This document shows, piece after piece, positions 14,645-27,415 of a stretch of DNA of 64,000 nt. A program made the position numbers and the translations under genes. The notes below the pieces were generated by a model. The model made no database searches. It was not told the origin of the DNA and was given only the letters and a program-made list of their open reading frames with translations. How positions within the stretch are numbered: position 1 is the stretch's first letter; every line of letters begins with the position of its first letter. The stretch lies in the NCBI GenBank assembly GCA_964016885.1, contig OZ024751.1, positions 7,688,001 through 7,752,000 of the forward strand, in the 5' to 3' direction. Source of the DNA: Eledone cirrhosa (lineage: Eukaryota).

Positions 14645-14850
14645 GATTCAGGCACAAGGCCAATACCTTTTGGGGGAGGTGGAGGAGTTTATTACATCGA
14701 CATCAGTGAATTACTGGTACTTTATTTTATCTACAGTAATGGTGAAAGGCAAAGATAACGTCGGTCGGACTTGAACTCAGAACATAACGGGTCATAACTC
14801 TATACCACTAAGCATATTGTCCAACGCTCTACCAATTCTGTGAATCCGCA
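14645..14850 (-). mobile_element. Diverged SINE copy
   Basis: GGCACAAGGCC...TACTGGTACTTTATTTTATC...GAAAGGCAAAG...TTGAACTCAGAAC is the reverse complement of the SINE consensus. Confidence 0.75.
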
Positions 14851-14879
14851 CACAATAACAGAATAACAGCAAAAAACAA

Positions 14880-15693
14880 TACCATACCAAATGTTACAAC
14901 AAAGCACACACACAACAGCAACAACAACAACAACATACATACGAAAGTTTGTCACAAAGCAGTATAGCACACACAACAACAACAAACACATGCCAAATGT
15001 TACAACAAAGCAGTATAAAAGACACAACAACAACGACAACATACCAAATGTTACAACAAATCAGTATAACACAACAACAACATCAACATCATACCAAATA
15101 TTACAACAAAGCAGTATAACACACAACAACAACAACATAGCAAAGGTTACAAGAAAGCAGTATAACACACAACAGCAACAACAACAACATACCAAATGTT
15201 ACAACAAAGCAGTATAACACACACAACAACAACAACAACATACCAAATGTTACAACAAAGCAGTATAACACACAACAACAACAACAAAAACATACCAAAT
15301 GTTACAACAAAGCAGTACAACACACACAACAACAACAACAACATACCAAATGTTAAAACAAAGCAGTATAACACACACAAGAAGAACAACAACATACCAA
15401 AGGTTACAAGAAAGCAGTATAACACACAAAAACAACAACAACAACATACCAAATGTTACAACAAAGCAGTATAACACACACAACAACAACATACCAAATG
15501 TTACAACAAAGCAGTATAACACACAACAACAACAACAACAACAAACCAAATGTTACAACAAAGCAGTATAACACACACAACAACTACAACAACATACCAA
15601 CAACAACAAAAACATACCAAATGTTACAAAAAATCAGTATAACACATACAACAACAACAACATACCAAATGTTGCAAGAAAACAGTATAACAC

Positions 15694-15726
<33 letters not shown>

Positions 15727-18600
15727 TACCAAATATTACAACAAAGCAGTATAACACACCACAACAACAACATAGCAAAGGTTACAAGAAAGCAGTATAA
15801 CACACAACAGCAACAACAACAACATACCAAATGTTACAACAAAGCAGTATAACACACACAACAACAACAACAACATACCAAATGTTACAACAAAGCAGTA
15901 TAACACACAACAACAACAACAACAACAACAACAACATACCAAATGTTACAACAAAGCAGTACAACACACACAACAACAACAACAACATACCAAATGTTAA
16001 AACAAAGCAGTATAACACACACAAGAAGAACAACAACATACCAAAGGTTACAAGAAAGCAGTATAACACACAAAAACAACAACAACAACATACCAAATGT
16101 TACAACAAAGCAGTATAACACACACAACAACAACAACATACCAAATGTTACAAAAAAGCAGTATAACACACAACAACAACAACAACAACAAACCAAATGT
16201 TACAACAAAGCAGTATAACACACTCAACAACTACAACAACATACCAACAACAACAAAAACATACCAAATGTTGCAACAAATCAGTATAACACACACAACA
16301 ACAACAACATACCAAATGTTGCAAGAAAACAGTATAACACACACAACAACAACATACCAAATGTTTCAACAAAGCAGTATAACACACGCAACAACAACAA
16401 CAACATACCAAATGTTACAACAAAGAAGTATAACACACACAACAACAACAACATACCAAATGTTACAACAAAGCAGTATAACACACACAACAACTACAAC
16501 AACATACCAACAACAACAAAAACATACCAAATGTTAAAACAAATCAGTATAACACACACAACAACAACAACATACCAAATGTTGCAAGAAAACAGTATAA
16601 CACACACAACAACAACATACCAAATGTTTCAACAAAGCAGTATAACACACACAACAACAACAACATACCAAATGTTACAACAAAGAAGTATAACACACAC
16701 AACAACAACAACATACCAAATGTTACAACACAGCAGTATAACACACACAACAACAGCATACCAAATGTTACAACACAGCAGTATAACACACATAACAACA
16801 ACAACATACCAAATGTTACAACAAAGCAGTATAACACTCAACAACAACAACAAAATACCAAATGTTACAACAAATCAGTATAACACACATAACAACAACA
16901 ACATACCAAATGTTACAACAAATCAGTATAACACACAACAACAACAACAAAATACCAAATGTTACAACAAATCCGTATAACACACATAACAACAACAACA
17001 ACATACCAAATGTTACAACAAAGCAGTATAACACTCAACAACAACAACAAATTACCAAAGGTTACAACAAAGCAGTATAACGCGCACAACAGCAACAAAA
17101 TACAAATGTTACAACAAAAGCAATATAACACAAACAAAAGCAACAAAATGCCAAATGTTACAACAAAGCAGTATAACACACAACAACAACAACAAAATAC
17201 CAAATGTTACAACAAAGCAGTATAACACAGAACAACAACAACAAAATACCAAATGTTACAACAAAGCAGTATAACACACACAACAACAACAAAATACCAA
17301 ATGTTACAACAAAGCAGTATAACACACACAACAACAACAAAATACCAAATGTTACAACAAAGCAGTATAACACAAACAACAACAACAAAATGCCAAAAGT
17401 TACAACAAAGCAGTATAACACAACAACAACAACAAAATACCAAATGTTACAACAAAGCAGTATAACACACAATAACAACAACAAAATACCAAATGTTACA
17501 ACAAAGCAGTATAACACAAACAACAACAACAAAATGCCAAAAGTTACAACAAAGCAGTATAACACAACAACAACAACAAAATACCAAATGTTACAACAAA
17601 TCAGTATAACACAAACAACAACAACAAAATACCAAATGTTACAACAAAGCAGTATAACACACAACAACAAAATACCAAATGTTACAACAAAGCAGTATAA
17701 CACAAACAACAACAACAAAATACCAAATGTTACAACAAAGCAGTATAACACAAACAACAGCAACAAAATGCCAAATGTTACAACAAAGCAGTATAACACA
17801 CAACAACAAAATACCAAATGTTACAACAAAGCAGTATAACACAAACAACAACAAACAAAATACAAAATGTTACAACAAAGCAGTATAACACACAACAACA
17901 ACAACAAAATACCAAAGGTTATAACAAAGCAGTATAACACACAACAACAACAAAATAGCAAATGTTACAACAAAGCAGTATAACACACAACAACAACAAC
18001 AGAATACCAAACGTTACAACAAAGCAGTATAACACACAACAACAACACAAAATACTAAATGTTACAACAAAGCAGTATAAGACACACAACAGCAACAACA
18101 TGCCAAATGTTACAACAAAGCAGTATAACACACACAACAACAACAAAAACAACATGCCAAAGGTTACAACAAAGCAGTATAACACAGACACAACAACAAC
18201 ATACCAAATATTGCCACAAAGCAGTACAACACACACAACAACAACAACAAAATACCAAAGGTTACAACAAAGCAGTATAACACACACAACAACAACAGCA
18301 ACAACATACCAAAGGTTACCACACAAGGAGTTTTGCCCACACATACAATAGCAACAACAATACCATACCAAATGTAGTATAGCACACACACACAACAGCA
18401 GAAACAACAACAACATACCAAACGTTACACAAAGGAGTTTTGCCCACACATACAACAAGAACAACAGCAACAACAATACCATACCAAAGATTACAACAAA
18501 ACAGTAAAGCACACACATAACAACCACAATACCATATCAAAGATTACAACCAAATATTAAAGCACACAAAACAACAACAGCTGAATCATCATAAATTGCA
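14880..18600. repeat. Minisatellite: fixed ~31-bp core (ATACCAAATGTTACAACAAAGCAGTATAACA) plus variable (CA)n/(CAA)n spacer, roughly 70-80 units
   Basis: Core repeated every ~45-60 bp over 3.7 kb; extreme A/C strand bias; degenerate edges. Confidence 0.95.
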
Positions 18601-19059
18601 ACAAACACAACAATAACAACAGAAAGTGTCACCAATAATCTAGGAATGTAAATTTACTGTATCATCATTAATCAATGGAGATAAATTTATCTTTCAAAAC
18701 GAATAGAAATGACTTTAAAATGGAATGTGAATATAAAGAATATAGAGTTAGTTCCATCTGTTGCAACAACAATTAGATGTTAGGCTTTGCCACTAAGAAC
18801 ATAATATTGTTTAGATAAAGAGAAAAAATATAAGCGGAGTTAAAAATTGAATATATCATCAAAGAAATATAATTCTATTTTTTTTAATTTGATGATACTG
18901 TTTTTTTTTTAAATATGAATTTTAGATGGATTTTCTACTTTTATGAAAATATACGTCACCTGCTAAGGAAAATAAATTTGTCTCCGCAATTTGAAAAAAA
19001 AAATCCATTAATTTTATTAATAACGATAAGAGAAGTTTTGCTGCTGGTATTGAAGGAGG

Positions 19060-19064
19060 ATGAA

Positions 19065-19135
<71 letters not shown>

Positions 19136-19156
19136 GAAGAAAAAGAAAAAGAAGAA
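19060..19156. repeat. (GAT)n then (GAA)n-like trinucleotide tract
   Basis: Directly visible. Confidence 0.95.
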
Positions 19157-19505
19157 TTATAGACGTAGCCTGCCTATATGACACGAGAGTGCAAGAAAAG
19201 GAGAGGGAGAAAATTAACCGATACCAGGACTTAAAGTGGGAGTTAAAAAGGATTTGGAACTGCCATGAAATCAAGGTCGTCCCGATTGTAATAGGTGCAT
19301 TAGGTACTATCTCAAAGAGTTTTCATGGATGGTTAAAGAAGAATAGTCCAGCCCCGCTTTTTGGAACACTTCAAAAGGCATGCTTGCTGGGAACAGCAAG
19401 AACCCTCCGATACGTCCCGAATATCTGAGGCTGCAGGTAGCGGCTTGATATTCATTTCAACAAATTTTCAAGTTAAATAACATCAACGACTGAGACTCAA
19501 AGAAC
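19157..19505 (+). mobile_element. 5'-truncated R4/Dong-clade non-LTR retrotransposon (3' end)
   Basis: IIDVACLYDTRVQEKEREKINRYQDLKWEL...PIVIGALG...LQKACLLGTARTLR, 3' UTR and (AAT)n tail. Confidence 0.9.
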
Positions 19506-19555
<50 letters not shown>

Positions 19556-19559
<4 letters not shown>

Positions 19560-20510
19560 CTATAGAAATACGTGACCTATAGTAAGGAGCCAATGCTCAG
19601 AACTGTACTGAAGGGGGGGACAGTAGGCCAGGGGATGTCCAAGGAGGAAATAACATCAAGGAGGAAGAGCAGCCTTAAGGGAAAATCCCTTCATAGTACC
19701 TTCTTTGAGAAAACTGAATTTAGAGATCCACAGACTTGGAACTGGTTGAGAAGAGGAGACCTCAAAAAGGCTACAGAAGGAATGCTAATGGCTGCGCAGG
19801 AGCAGGCCCTCAAAACGAAGTGGTTGAAGCACCATATCTACAAGGAGGAGGCTAGCCCACTGTGCAGGATCTGTGGAGAGAGAGAGGAGACTGTGGCTCA
19901 CATTGTGTCCGAGTGTAAACACCTAGCCCAGACCAACTATAAGGGCTGGAGACACGATGTGATGGGCAGGGTGATCCACTGGCACCTGTGCAAAGTAAAC
20001 AATTTACCACATTCTGAGAAATGGTATGAGCATAGGCCAGAGGCGGTGATGGAGAACAATCAGGTGAAGGTGCTGTGGGATTTTAGGATACAGACGGACA
20101 AAAAACTGGAACACAATAGACCTGACCTGGTGGTTGTGGACAAAGAAAAAAGATCGTGTCTGATTGTGGATGTGGCCTGCCCGTTCGACACGAGAGTGCA
20201 AGAGAAGGAGAGGGAGAAAATTAACCGATACCAGGACCTAAAGTGGGAGGTGAAAAGGATTTGGAACTGCCATGAAGTCAAAGTGATCCCGATTGTCATA
20301 GGCGCACTGGAGACTATCTCCAAAAGTTTCCAGGGATGGTTAAAGAAAATCGGCCCCTTCACGCTTTTTGGAACGCTTCAAAAGGCATGCTTGCTTGGAA
20401 CAGCAAGAACCCTCCGATACGTCCTGAATATCTGAGGCTGCAGGTAGTGGCTTGATATTCAATCCAACGGACTTTCCAGTTAACCAACATCAATGACTGA
20501 GATTCAAGGA
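19556..20510 (+). mobile_element. 5'-truncated R4/Dong-clade element with intact zinc knuckle and REL endonuclease ORF (19572-20435)
   Basis: CRICGEREETVAHIVSEC (CCHC), RHD, RPDLVV..D, KINRY motifs; flanked by (AAT)n on both sides; nearly identical to 60838-61790. Confidence 0.93.
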
Positions 20511-20561
20511 ATAACAACAATAATAATAATAATAATAATAACAATAATAATAATAATAATA

Positions 20562-22374
20562 ACCATACATTCACCAATCCTCGATAAGAGTATTTAAATG
20601 TCGAACCTAAACAGTTCGAATAACGGTGAAGTGGAGACTGGAATGTCATGTGACAGACTCTCACCCAGCAGGTGCTCCCTGGCTCAGCAGCAGGGACCTG
20701 GCTGTCAACCAAATACTGCTGGTGTCGGAGTAAGAAGAAGAAGGAAAGGGCCAGAACCAACTGGACGAAAGAATTGAATAGAAATGTTATGCAATGTTAC
20801 CTGAAGAGTAACCCCAAGGAGAAAGGTTTAGGAAACGGATGCATAAGATCTAGAACGAGATTGGTCTATTTAAATTAGATGAACAAAAATTGGCCGGGCA
20901 GGCTCGGGTAATAAGAACAAATCGGTGGATAAGCGAGCTGGAACTGGAGGAACTGAGCAGAGCGATTAGGTTGGAAATGGAGAGTGGAGTATGCCAGGCA
21001 AACGAGCCAGTGGGAAATGAAGGTGAAGAGGTTGAGAGAACGGAGGAAGCATCCGAAGCAGACAATGATCTGAATGCTGAAATAAATAATACCTGGAACA
21101 AAGATACGGCCATTGAGGAGATGAATGCTGACGGGCTAGGACAAGATTTGGTTGATATCCTAAACTTAGTGGTAGATGAATTGAACAATGATAGTGGGAA
21201 ACTTATGAACCTAAGATTTGTAGACAGGAAATAGTTAAAAGAAACAACAGCTAAGGTAAACAAAGTCACCCCATACCTTGAGGCGAGCAGCCTTCACCAG
21301 TGCAACAATATCCTCAAAGCAACAGCAAATGCGGTGAGGAAATTACTTGGCATAAAAGCGAGAGGAAACAACAAACAAGAAAGATCAGAACCTTGGTGGA
21401 AGAAACGAGTGAATGGTCAAATCAGGAAAATGAGAAATGACATTGGAAAGCTTGAGTCCCTATTGAATGGGACATTAAAAAACATAGACACTAAAAATAG
21501 ACTGGAAATAAAGTACAAAACTAGGAGGAAAAAGCTAAATATTATCGTAGAGGAACTGAAGCAACGCATTGTATCAAAGAGTGCAAACATTAGGCGATAC
21601 GAGAGCAGAGTCAGTCAGTAGAGACAGAACCTCATGTTTGACAACAACCAGAAGATGCTGTTTGGACAGCTTGAAGGGAAAGAAAGAGGCAACGACTTGA
21701 TCCCTGAGGCGGAACAAACTAAGATATTCTGGAGAGGAATATGGAGCAGGATGTTAAACATAATGACCAGGCAGTGTGGATTGAGAGAGTACAAAAGGAG
21801 ATTAGTGAACAGATATACCAACAAACTGATTTGAGTATCACAGTTGAAACTCTTAAGGGGCAGGCCAAAAAACTAACCAACTGGAAATCACCAGGCCCAG
21901 ATGGTGTGCAGGGGTACTGAATTAAAAATATAACATCCCTCCACCCGAAACTGACAAGCATGTTCAATGACTGCTTCATGTCAGGTGAGGTAGCAGTGTG
22001 GTTGACAAAAGGTACCACAGTTCTGGTAATGAAAGACCGAATCAAGGGTAATGATGTTACCAACTATAGACCTATCACATGTCTGTCCGTAATGTGGAAA
22101 CTGTTGACAAGCATTATGTCTGAGGAAATCTACCATCACCTCCACACAAAAAGCTTGTTACCGGACGAACAGAAAGGATGCCGAAAGAAGTCCCGTGGTA
22201 CAAAGGACCAGTTACTTATTGATAAGATGTTAATGAGGAATTGCAAGAGGAGACACACTGGTCTTTCCATAGGATGGATAGACTACAAAAAGGCATTTGA
22301 CATGGTGCCTCATTCTTGGATCACCAACAGCCTAGAGATCTTCAAGGTGGCAGATAACATCAGACAGTTGTTGG
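20562..22374 (+). pseudogene. 5' half of an R4/Dong-clade element (decayed, N-terminus to RT motif A)
   Basis: ATG at 20598, WTKELNRNVMQCY, KSPGPDG, NYRPITCLSVMWKLLT, EQKGC, WIDYKKAFDMVPH; several stops and frameshifts; homologous to 62560-64000. Confidence 0.9.
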
Positions 22375-24970
22375 TCAAAATGCCCTCGGCCTCACCAGCA
22401 CTGACGCTGACCGGGGCGGCCGGTCAATAACAGCCTTTGTCAAGGACAATATCTCGTCATTTGGGCGAACACCCATTCCAAGCGTGCCTAGGGACGCCAC
22501 ACAGGCCACACTCAGGTACCCCGTTTCCTCCACCCCCGAGACCAGCGCCAAGCGTTTGCGTGACCAAGTAAACGCAGAGCTTATCATGGGTGATGTCTCG
22601 GCTGCAGTCAGATTTGTTGCCTCAGAGGACACTGTCCGCCAACCCACTGAGGAGATGCTGGCTGCTCTGCGGCTCAAAAACCCCGAGCCACCCACTGATC
22701 TCAGACCCATACCCCTTGTGGCTACTGATGCAGATCAGGTCCGCCATCAGGTCCTTCCCAGCTAGCAGCTGCGGAGGTGTTGATGGTCTCCGACCAGGCC
22801 ACCTCGAGTAGTTGACATGCCCTCTCTCCGCTGAGGCCGGGCACCGCCTTCTGAGTGCAAATGCGGCGCTCACCAATAGACTCGTTCATGGTTCCCGGGC
22901 CCTTACGGCCGAGGCCTCTTTTTTTCGGCCAGACTCACCGCTCTCAGGAAGAAAGAGGATGGCATACGCCTCATTGCTGTGGACAATGTCTTCCAGAGGC
23001 TGGCTGCCAAGGTGATCTGCAAGTCCGTCACACACACAATGGGTGAGGAGTTTAGTCCGGTGCAACTGGGTGTCGGCGTGTCCGGTGGCTGTGAGGGAGC
23101 CTCTCATGTAATCAGGCAGTTCTTCAGCAGCTGCGCATCGGTACCGGCACCAGGGACTACAAGTACCTCATTGTCAAGCTTGACATGAGGTATTCCTTTA
23201 ACTCTTTATGCCGGGATCATCTGCTCAAGGCCTGCCTCAGCCGAGCCCCCTCTGCCTACCCGCTGGCCTACCTGTCATATGGAACCCCGAGCATGCTCCT
23301 AGCTGCTGATACAGTCATAACCTCGGCTACTGGGGTCCAATAGGGCGACACTTTGGGACCACTCCTGTTCGACCTTAGTATTGACCACATCGCCCGTTGT
23401 ATCACGGCCCGTCTCAACGTTTGGTATTTGGATGATGCTACGTTGGGCTGGCCCGTACGGACGGTCTGCCAAGACCTTCAATTGTTGATTCCTGCCCTGG
23501 CAGGAATAGGCCTCCAGGTCAACTCGACCAAGTCGGAGGTTGTGAACGTCAGCTTCGATGCTGCGAGCTTTGGAGCCTCCGTCTTGGACGTGCGGTCCAT
23601 TCTCCGCCAGGTTCAGGTGACCGAAAAGAGGATGTCCTCATCCTCGGGTCACCGATCCACCCGCCGGTCATCCGCTCCACCATCAGGTCCAGGCTTCAAC
23701 AGCTCCGACTGGGCTTTATTGACGGCCACCCAGCTCTCTTTCTGCTGACGAACTGCTTCGCGATGCCGAGGCTCCTCTATACACTCCGCAGCGCTCCATG
23801 CTACACCCAGACATCTCTCCTCGCTGACCTCGATACTTGTATCCGAGCAGCAGCCGAGGGGATATGCAACGTAAAGTTTGACGACATAGGGTGGCAACAG
23901 GCCACTTTACCGGTCAGGTATGGCGGCCTAGGCCTCCGGTCCCCGATTTCACTAGCTTTGCCGGCGTATCTTTCGTCGGTAACATCGTGCCGCGTCCTCG
24001 TCAGCAGGGTTCTTTAAAATACAACAGAACCCTCTGTGTTCAGAGAACGTGAGGCCGCCAGTGAGACGTTGGACCGGTGGGAATTAGCCCAGTAGACGTC
24101 CCTCCTCCTTCTTCCCCTGTTGACGTCAAGTCCCCCCAACGCACTTGAGATACCATCCAGTGCAGCCTGGCCTCAGACAGGCTCACGCGCCAGCTCGACT
24201 AGCACCGCCTTGTTTGTTTTCGTGCGGCCTCCAAACCCCACAGTGGTGCCTGGCTCCATGCTCTGCCCTCCTTCTCCACTGGCACGCAGCTAGACAACCA
24301 TAGCCTGCGAATGAGCGTTTCCCTGAGGCTCGGCCTCCGGATCTGACAGCCACACCAATGTCGCTGTGGTTCCACCGTGGACTCGTTCGGCCTTAACCCG
24401 CTTTCCTTTTGCCACAGTGCCGGCCGCATTTGACGCGATACTGCCCTCAAGGAGGTCAGTAAGCATGGCTTGGACGCTGCAGGCTTCCCTTCCCAGCTCG
24501 AGCCGGTGGGGCTGGATAGATTGGACAGCAAAAGGCCAGATGGCATGACCATCTTCCCGTTCCGCGGTGGCAGACCCCTCGTCTAGGATGCCACTTGGAC
24601 CGACACTTTTGGCAGCCGCAACCTGGTGCAGTCTGCGACTGACCCAGGTTCTGCTGCACGTCGGGCTGAGGGGGCCAACTCCTCAAATACCGGTTGCTCT
24701 CCGACAGGTTTGCGGTCGTTCCCCTGGCAGTGGAAACTTCTGGTGTCCTCGGCCCCAGGGCTACCTCCATACTCACGACCATAGGCGCTGAGCTGGCCAG
24801 CCGCAGGTGTGAGCCCCGCAAGTTGGAGTGGCTTTTCCAGCGCGTCTCCCTTGCCGTCCTCCGGGGAAACACCTTCTCCATTCTGTCCGCCGGGGCTGTG
24901 GGTGGGCCCCATCGCGTACCAATACATTAGTTAAATACCATTCTTTCATCTGATACAACACAATAAAATT
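22375..24970 (+). pseudogene. 5'-truncated, decayed CRE-clade non-LTR retrotransposon (RT + REL endonuclease)
   Basis: GGVDGLRPGHL, RLAAKV, PVQLGVGVSGGCE, GVQ*GDTLGPLLF, NVWYLDDATLG, QATLPVRYGGLG, CRCG, KRPDG, FAVVPLAVETSG...FQRVSLAVLRGN; GC-rich block. Confidence 0.88.
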
Positions 24971-25369
24971 TCTCTTCCCTTTAGTAAATTAAATACAGAG
25001 GTAATTGAAATAATAATTATCATAAAGGCGCACAATAGGCTGGAACGGAAGGTGCCGTAAATAAATACATACATATACACCAGGTCCGGACACATTTGAA
25101 TAAACTCCCACTGTCACTGCCTCCGTATATCTCGCTCCCCACATCTCTAACTATTATAAGCAAATGGGGGCTCTTGTGGTGGCCGCCCCGGGCCATCAGA
25201 CAAAAGGAGGATTTGTTAGAATATTCGCAACCAAACTATATCGTTAAGGGTAAATGCCTACATACCCTAACCTTACTAGGCTGTCCAGTTATGGTTATAT
25301 ATATATATATTGGGAGAACACTGTTGGGTTATATCCGTAGTAGTAGAGCAATCATTCAATGTGACGAAT

Positions 25370-26735
25370 TTGGTAGAAGTTCCACAACAGTTAATTCACC
25401 ATTTCACAGAGCAATTGTTTCACCTTAGGATCATCAGCTCGGTTTAAATGAGATTGTACACAAAAGGAAAAACAATTATACGAATACACATGTGCAAAAG
25501 ACGTCACCTCCCAAACGGGAGGGCAACTCATGTTAGATCGATAAGGGAGATAACTGTGAAAACTCAGAATATAATAGATTGTTCATGTTATTGAGTCCAG
25601 TGATTACACTATATCAATACAGAAACCAACCACCTGGCTTCCACACTTAAGGTAGATAAAAAAATTCCAACGCTTTACTAAGCGTCTGGCTTTTCTCACA
25701 CTTAAAGATCACAAGGTAGATTTTGCTTCTAACCACACTTGTAGACTACTGAACCCGGCATGCACGGAGATGGGTTAGTAAGTAAGGCTATACTTAGGGA
25801 TATAGTGAATAATATTAGGACTATATCCAACCTGTCGCAGTAGGAGAACAGTGACTCTGTCATTAAGTTGTTCAACTCTTTCAGCTAAAAACAAGCGAAA
25901 TTCTCTAAGTTTGACATTGTAGACTTTTACCCGGCGATCTCGGTGACCCTTTTCAACAAAGCGTTGGAATTTGCCACCCCTTACCCCGCCGTCCATGATA
26001 TAGACAGGAAGATCATTTCACATAGATGGAAAACCCTCCTCTTCAATAAGAGTATAGCCAGGACAGAGCCTTGTCCACTTCAATAACAGTGCAACACACC
26101 TGCTGTAATTTGCGAGGCTCTAGTCACTTCTAAACGACTAAATCAACAAGAGGTCACATCCCTTGTAGGTATGGCGGAGGACCGGTTCAAAGTACGCATC
26201 CTCAATCATCTGTCGACATTCAGACTCCCAGACAAACGATCGTTCATGAAGCTCGTAAGCCACATATGGTCCCTCAAGGACGCAAACGTGTATTACTGCA
26301 TTCAATTGAAAGTTATTACCAAGTCTAATCGATACAGAAAGGGGAATCCACGTTGTGGTCCTTGCATTAAAGAAACATTCAATATGTTGAGGAGACAGCG
26401 TAACAGCACTTCTCTAAATACAAGGTATCAATTTTTCTCGGGTTGCCCACACGTTTTGAAACACCTATTACGTAATTTCAAAGCTCCAGATTGACGACCC
26501 GATGCAATCACTGAACTGAATAACATGAATATATCAATTATATTTTGAGTTTTCACAGTTGTCTCTCCAACTCGATGTAACGTGAGATGACTCCCCTTTC
26601 TGGAAATAAATTCTTCTGCTGCACATGCGTATCCGTGTAATTATTTTTTCTTCTCCATATAATCTAATTTAAACCAAGCTGATGATCTGACTATGGGGAA
26701 ACAATTGTTGTAGGAAATGGTGAATTAACTGTTGA
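25370..26735 (+). mobile_element. Internally deleted Penelope-like element with inverted pLTR arms
   Basis: TLKDHK..F...CRLLNP (~25697), KFDIVDFYPAIS (~25907), then a jump to CPL..C and the EN ORF 26171-26494. 25370-25610 is an inverted, diverged copy of 26500-26735. Confidence 0.82.
25408..25441 (-). ncRNA. Degenerate hammerhead motif in the inverted pLTR (partner at 26676-26712 on +)
   Basis: Minus: GAG CTGATGA TCC-TAA-GGT GAAA CAATTG CTC. Plus partner: CTGATGA...GAAA CAATTG TT. Palindromic stem III. Confidence 0.55.
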
Positions 26736-27176
26736 GGGGGAGTTAGCGAGAAAAGTAGAGGTTAAAATAAATTGAAAATGGAGCATGAAATGGAAAGTAA
26801 AAGTTACAAAAAAAGACATTAAAACGTGAGAGGGGTGTATGGATCAGCGAGGGCACGGGTGTGGTGGCGAGTGAGGGGAGAGTGGAGGTGAAGAGAGAAG
26901 GGGGAAGGAAAAGTGGAGTCCGAGTGGGGATGGCGGAGGGTGATGTGTGTGTGTGGGGGGTAGATTTACGTGTGTGTGTGTATGCGTGGATGTAAGTGTG
27001 ATAGACAGGTGGAGAGCGGACCTACGTGATTTTGAAATTTGAAAAATCATTGAGTGTATTGGAGTGGAGGGTATGTATGTCAGTGTATAGTCCCTGTATC
27101 TGTGAAAGGTATGGTTGCGTTTGTGCGAAAATTGTGCAAGTGTCTGTGTATGTCTAAGTTTTTGAATGCATTTTTG

Positions 27177-27415
27177 TCATTCTAGGACGGGTAAAAGTTC
27201 CCGAGGTCCATGGACGTGTTGTCTCCAGCGGTCTCTGTCCTTCTTTATCGCTGCCATGTCCTGCGTCTCCAACAGACCAGTGTCTGTTCTTGGGGCCTCA
27301 ACATACGTTAACCTTGGCCTTCCTCTTCCAGTGTGTCCATGTACGGGTTCCCACAGGAGCACTGAGTGCAATGTCAACTCTGGATATCGGTGAGCATGTC
27401 CAGCTTACCTCAGTC
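27177..27415 (-). pseudogene. RTE-like LINE C-terminal fragment
   Basis: VLLWEPVHGHTGRGRPRLTYVE..RTDTG...DRDRWR. Confidence 0.8.

Noticed and set aside
14880-18600. CRISPR array or repetitive protein gene
   Set aside because: Spacers are only (CA)/(CAA) runs, there are no cas genes, the context is eukaryotic, and frames shift constantly.
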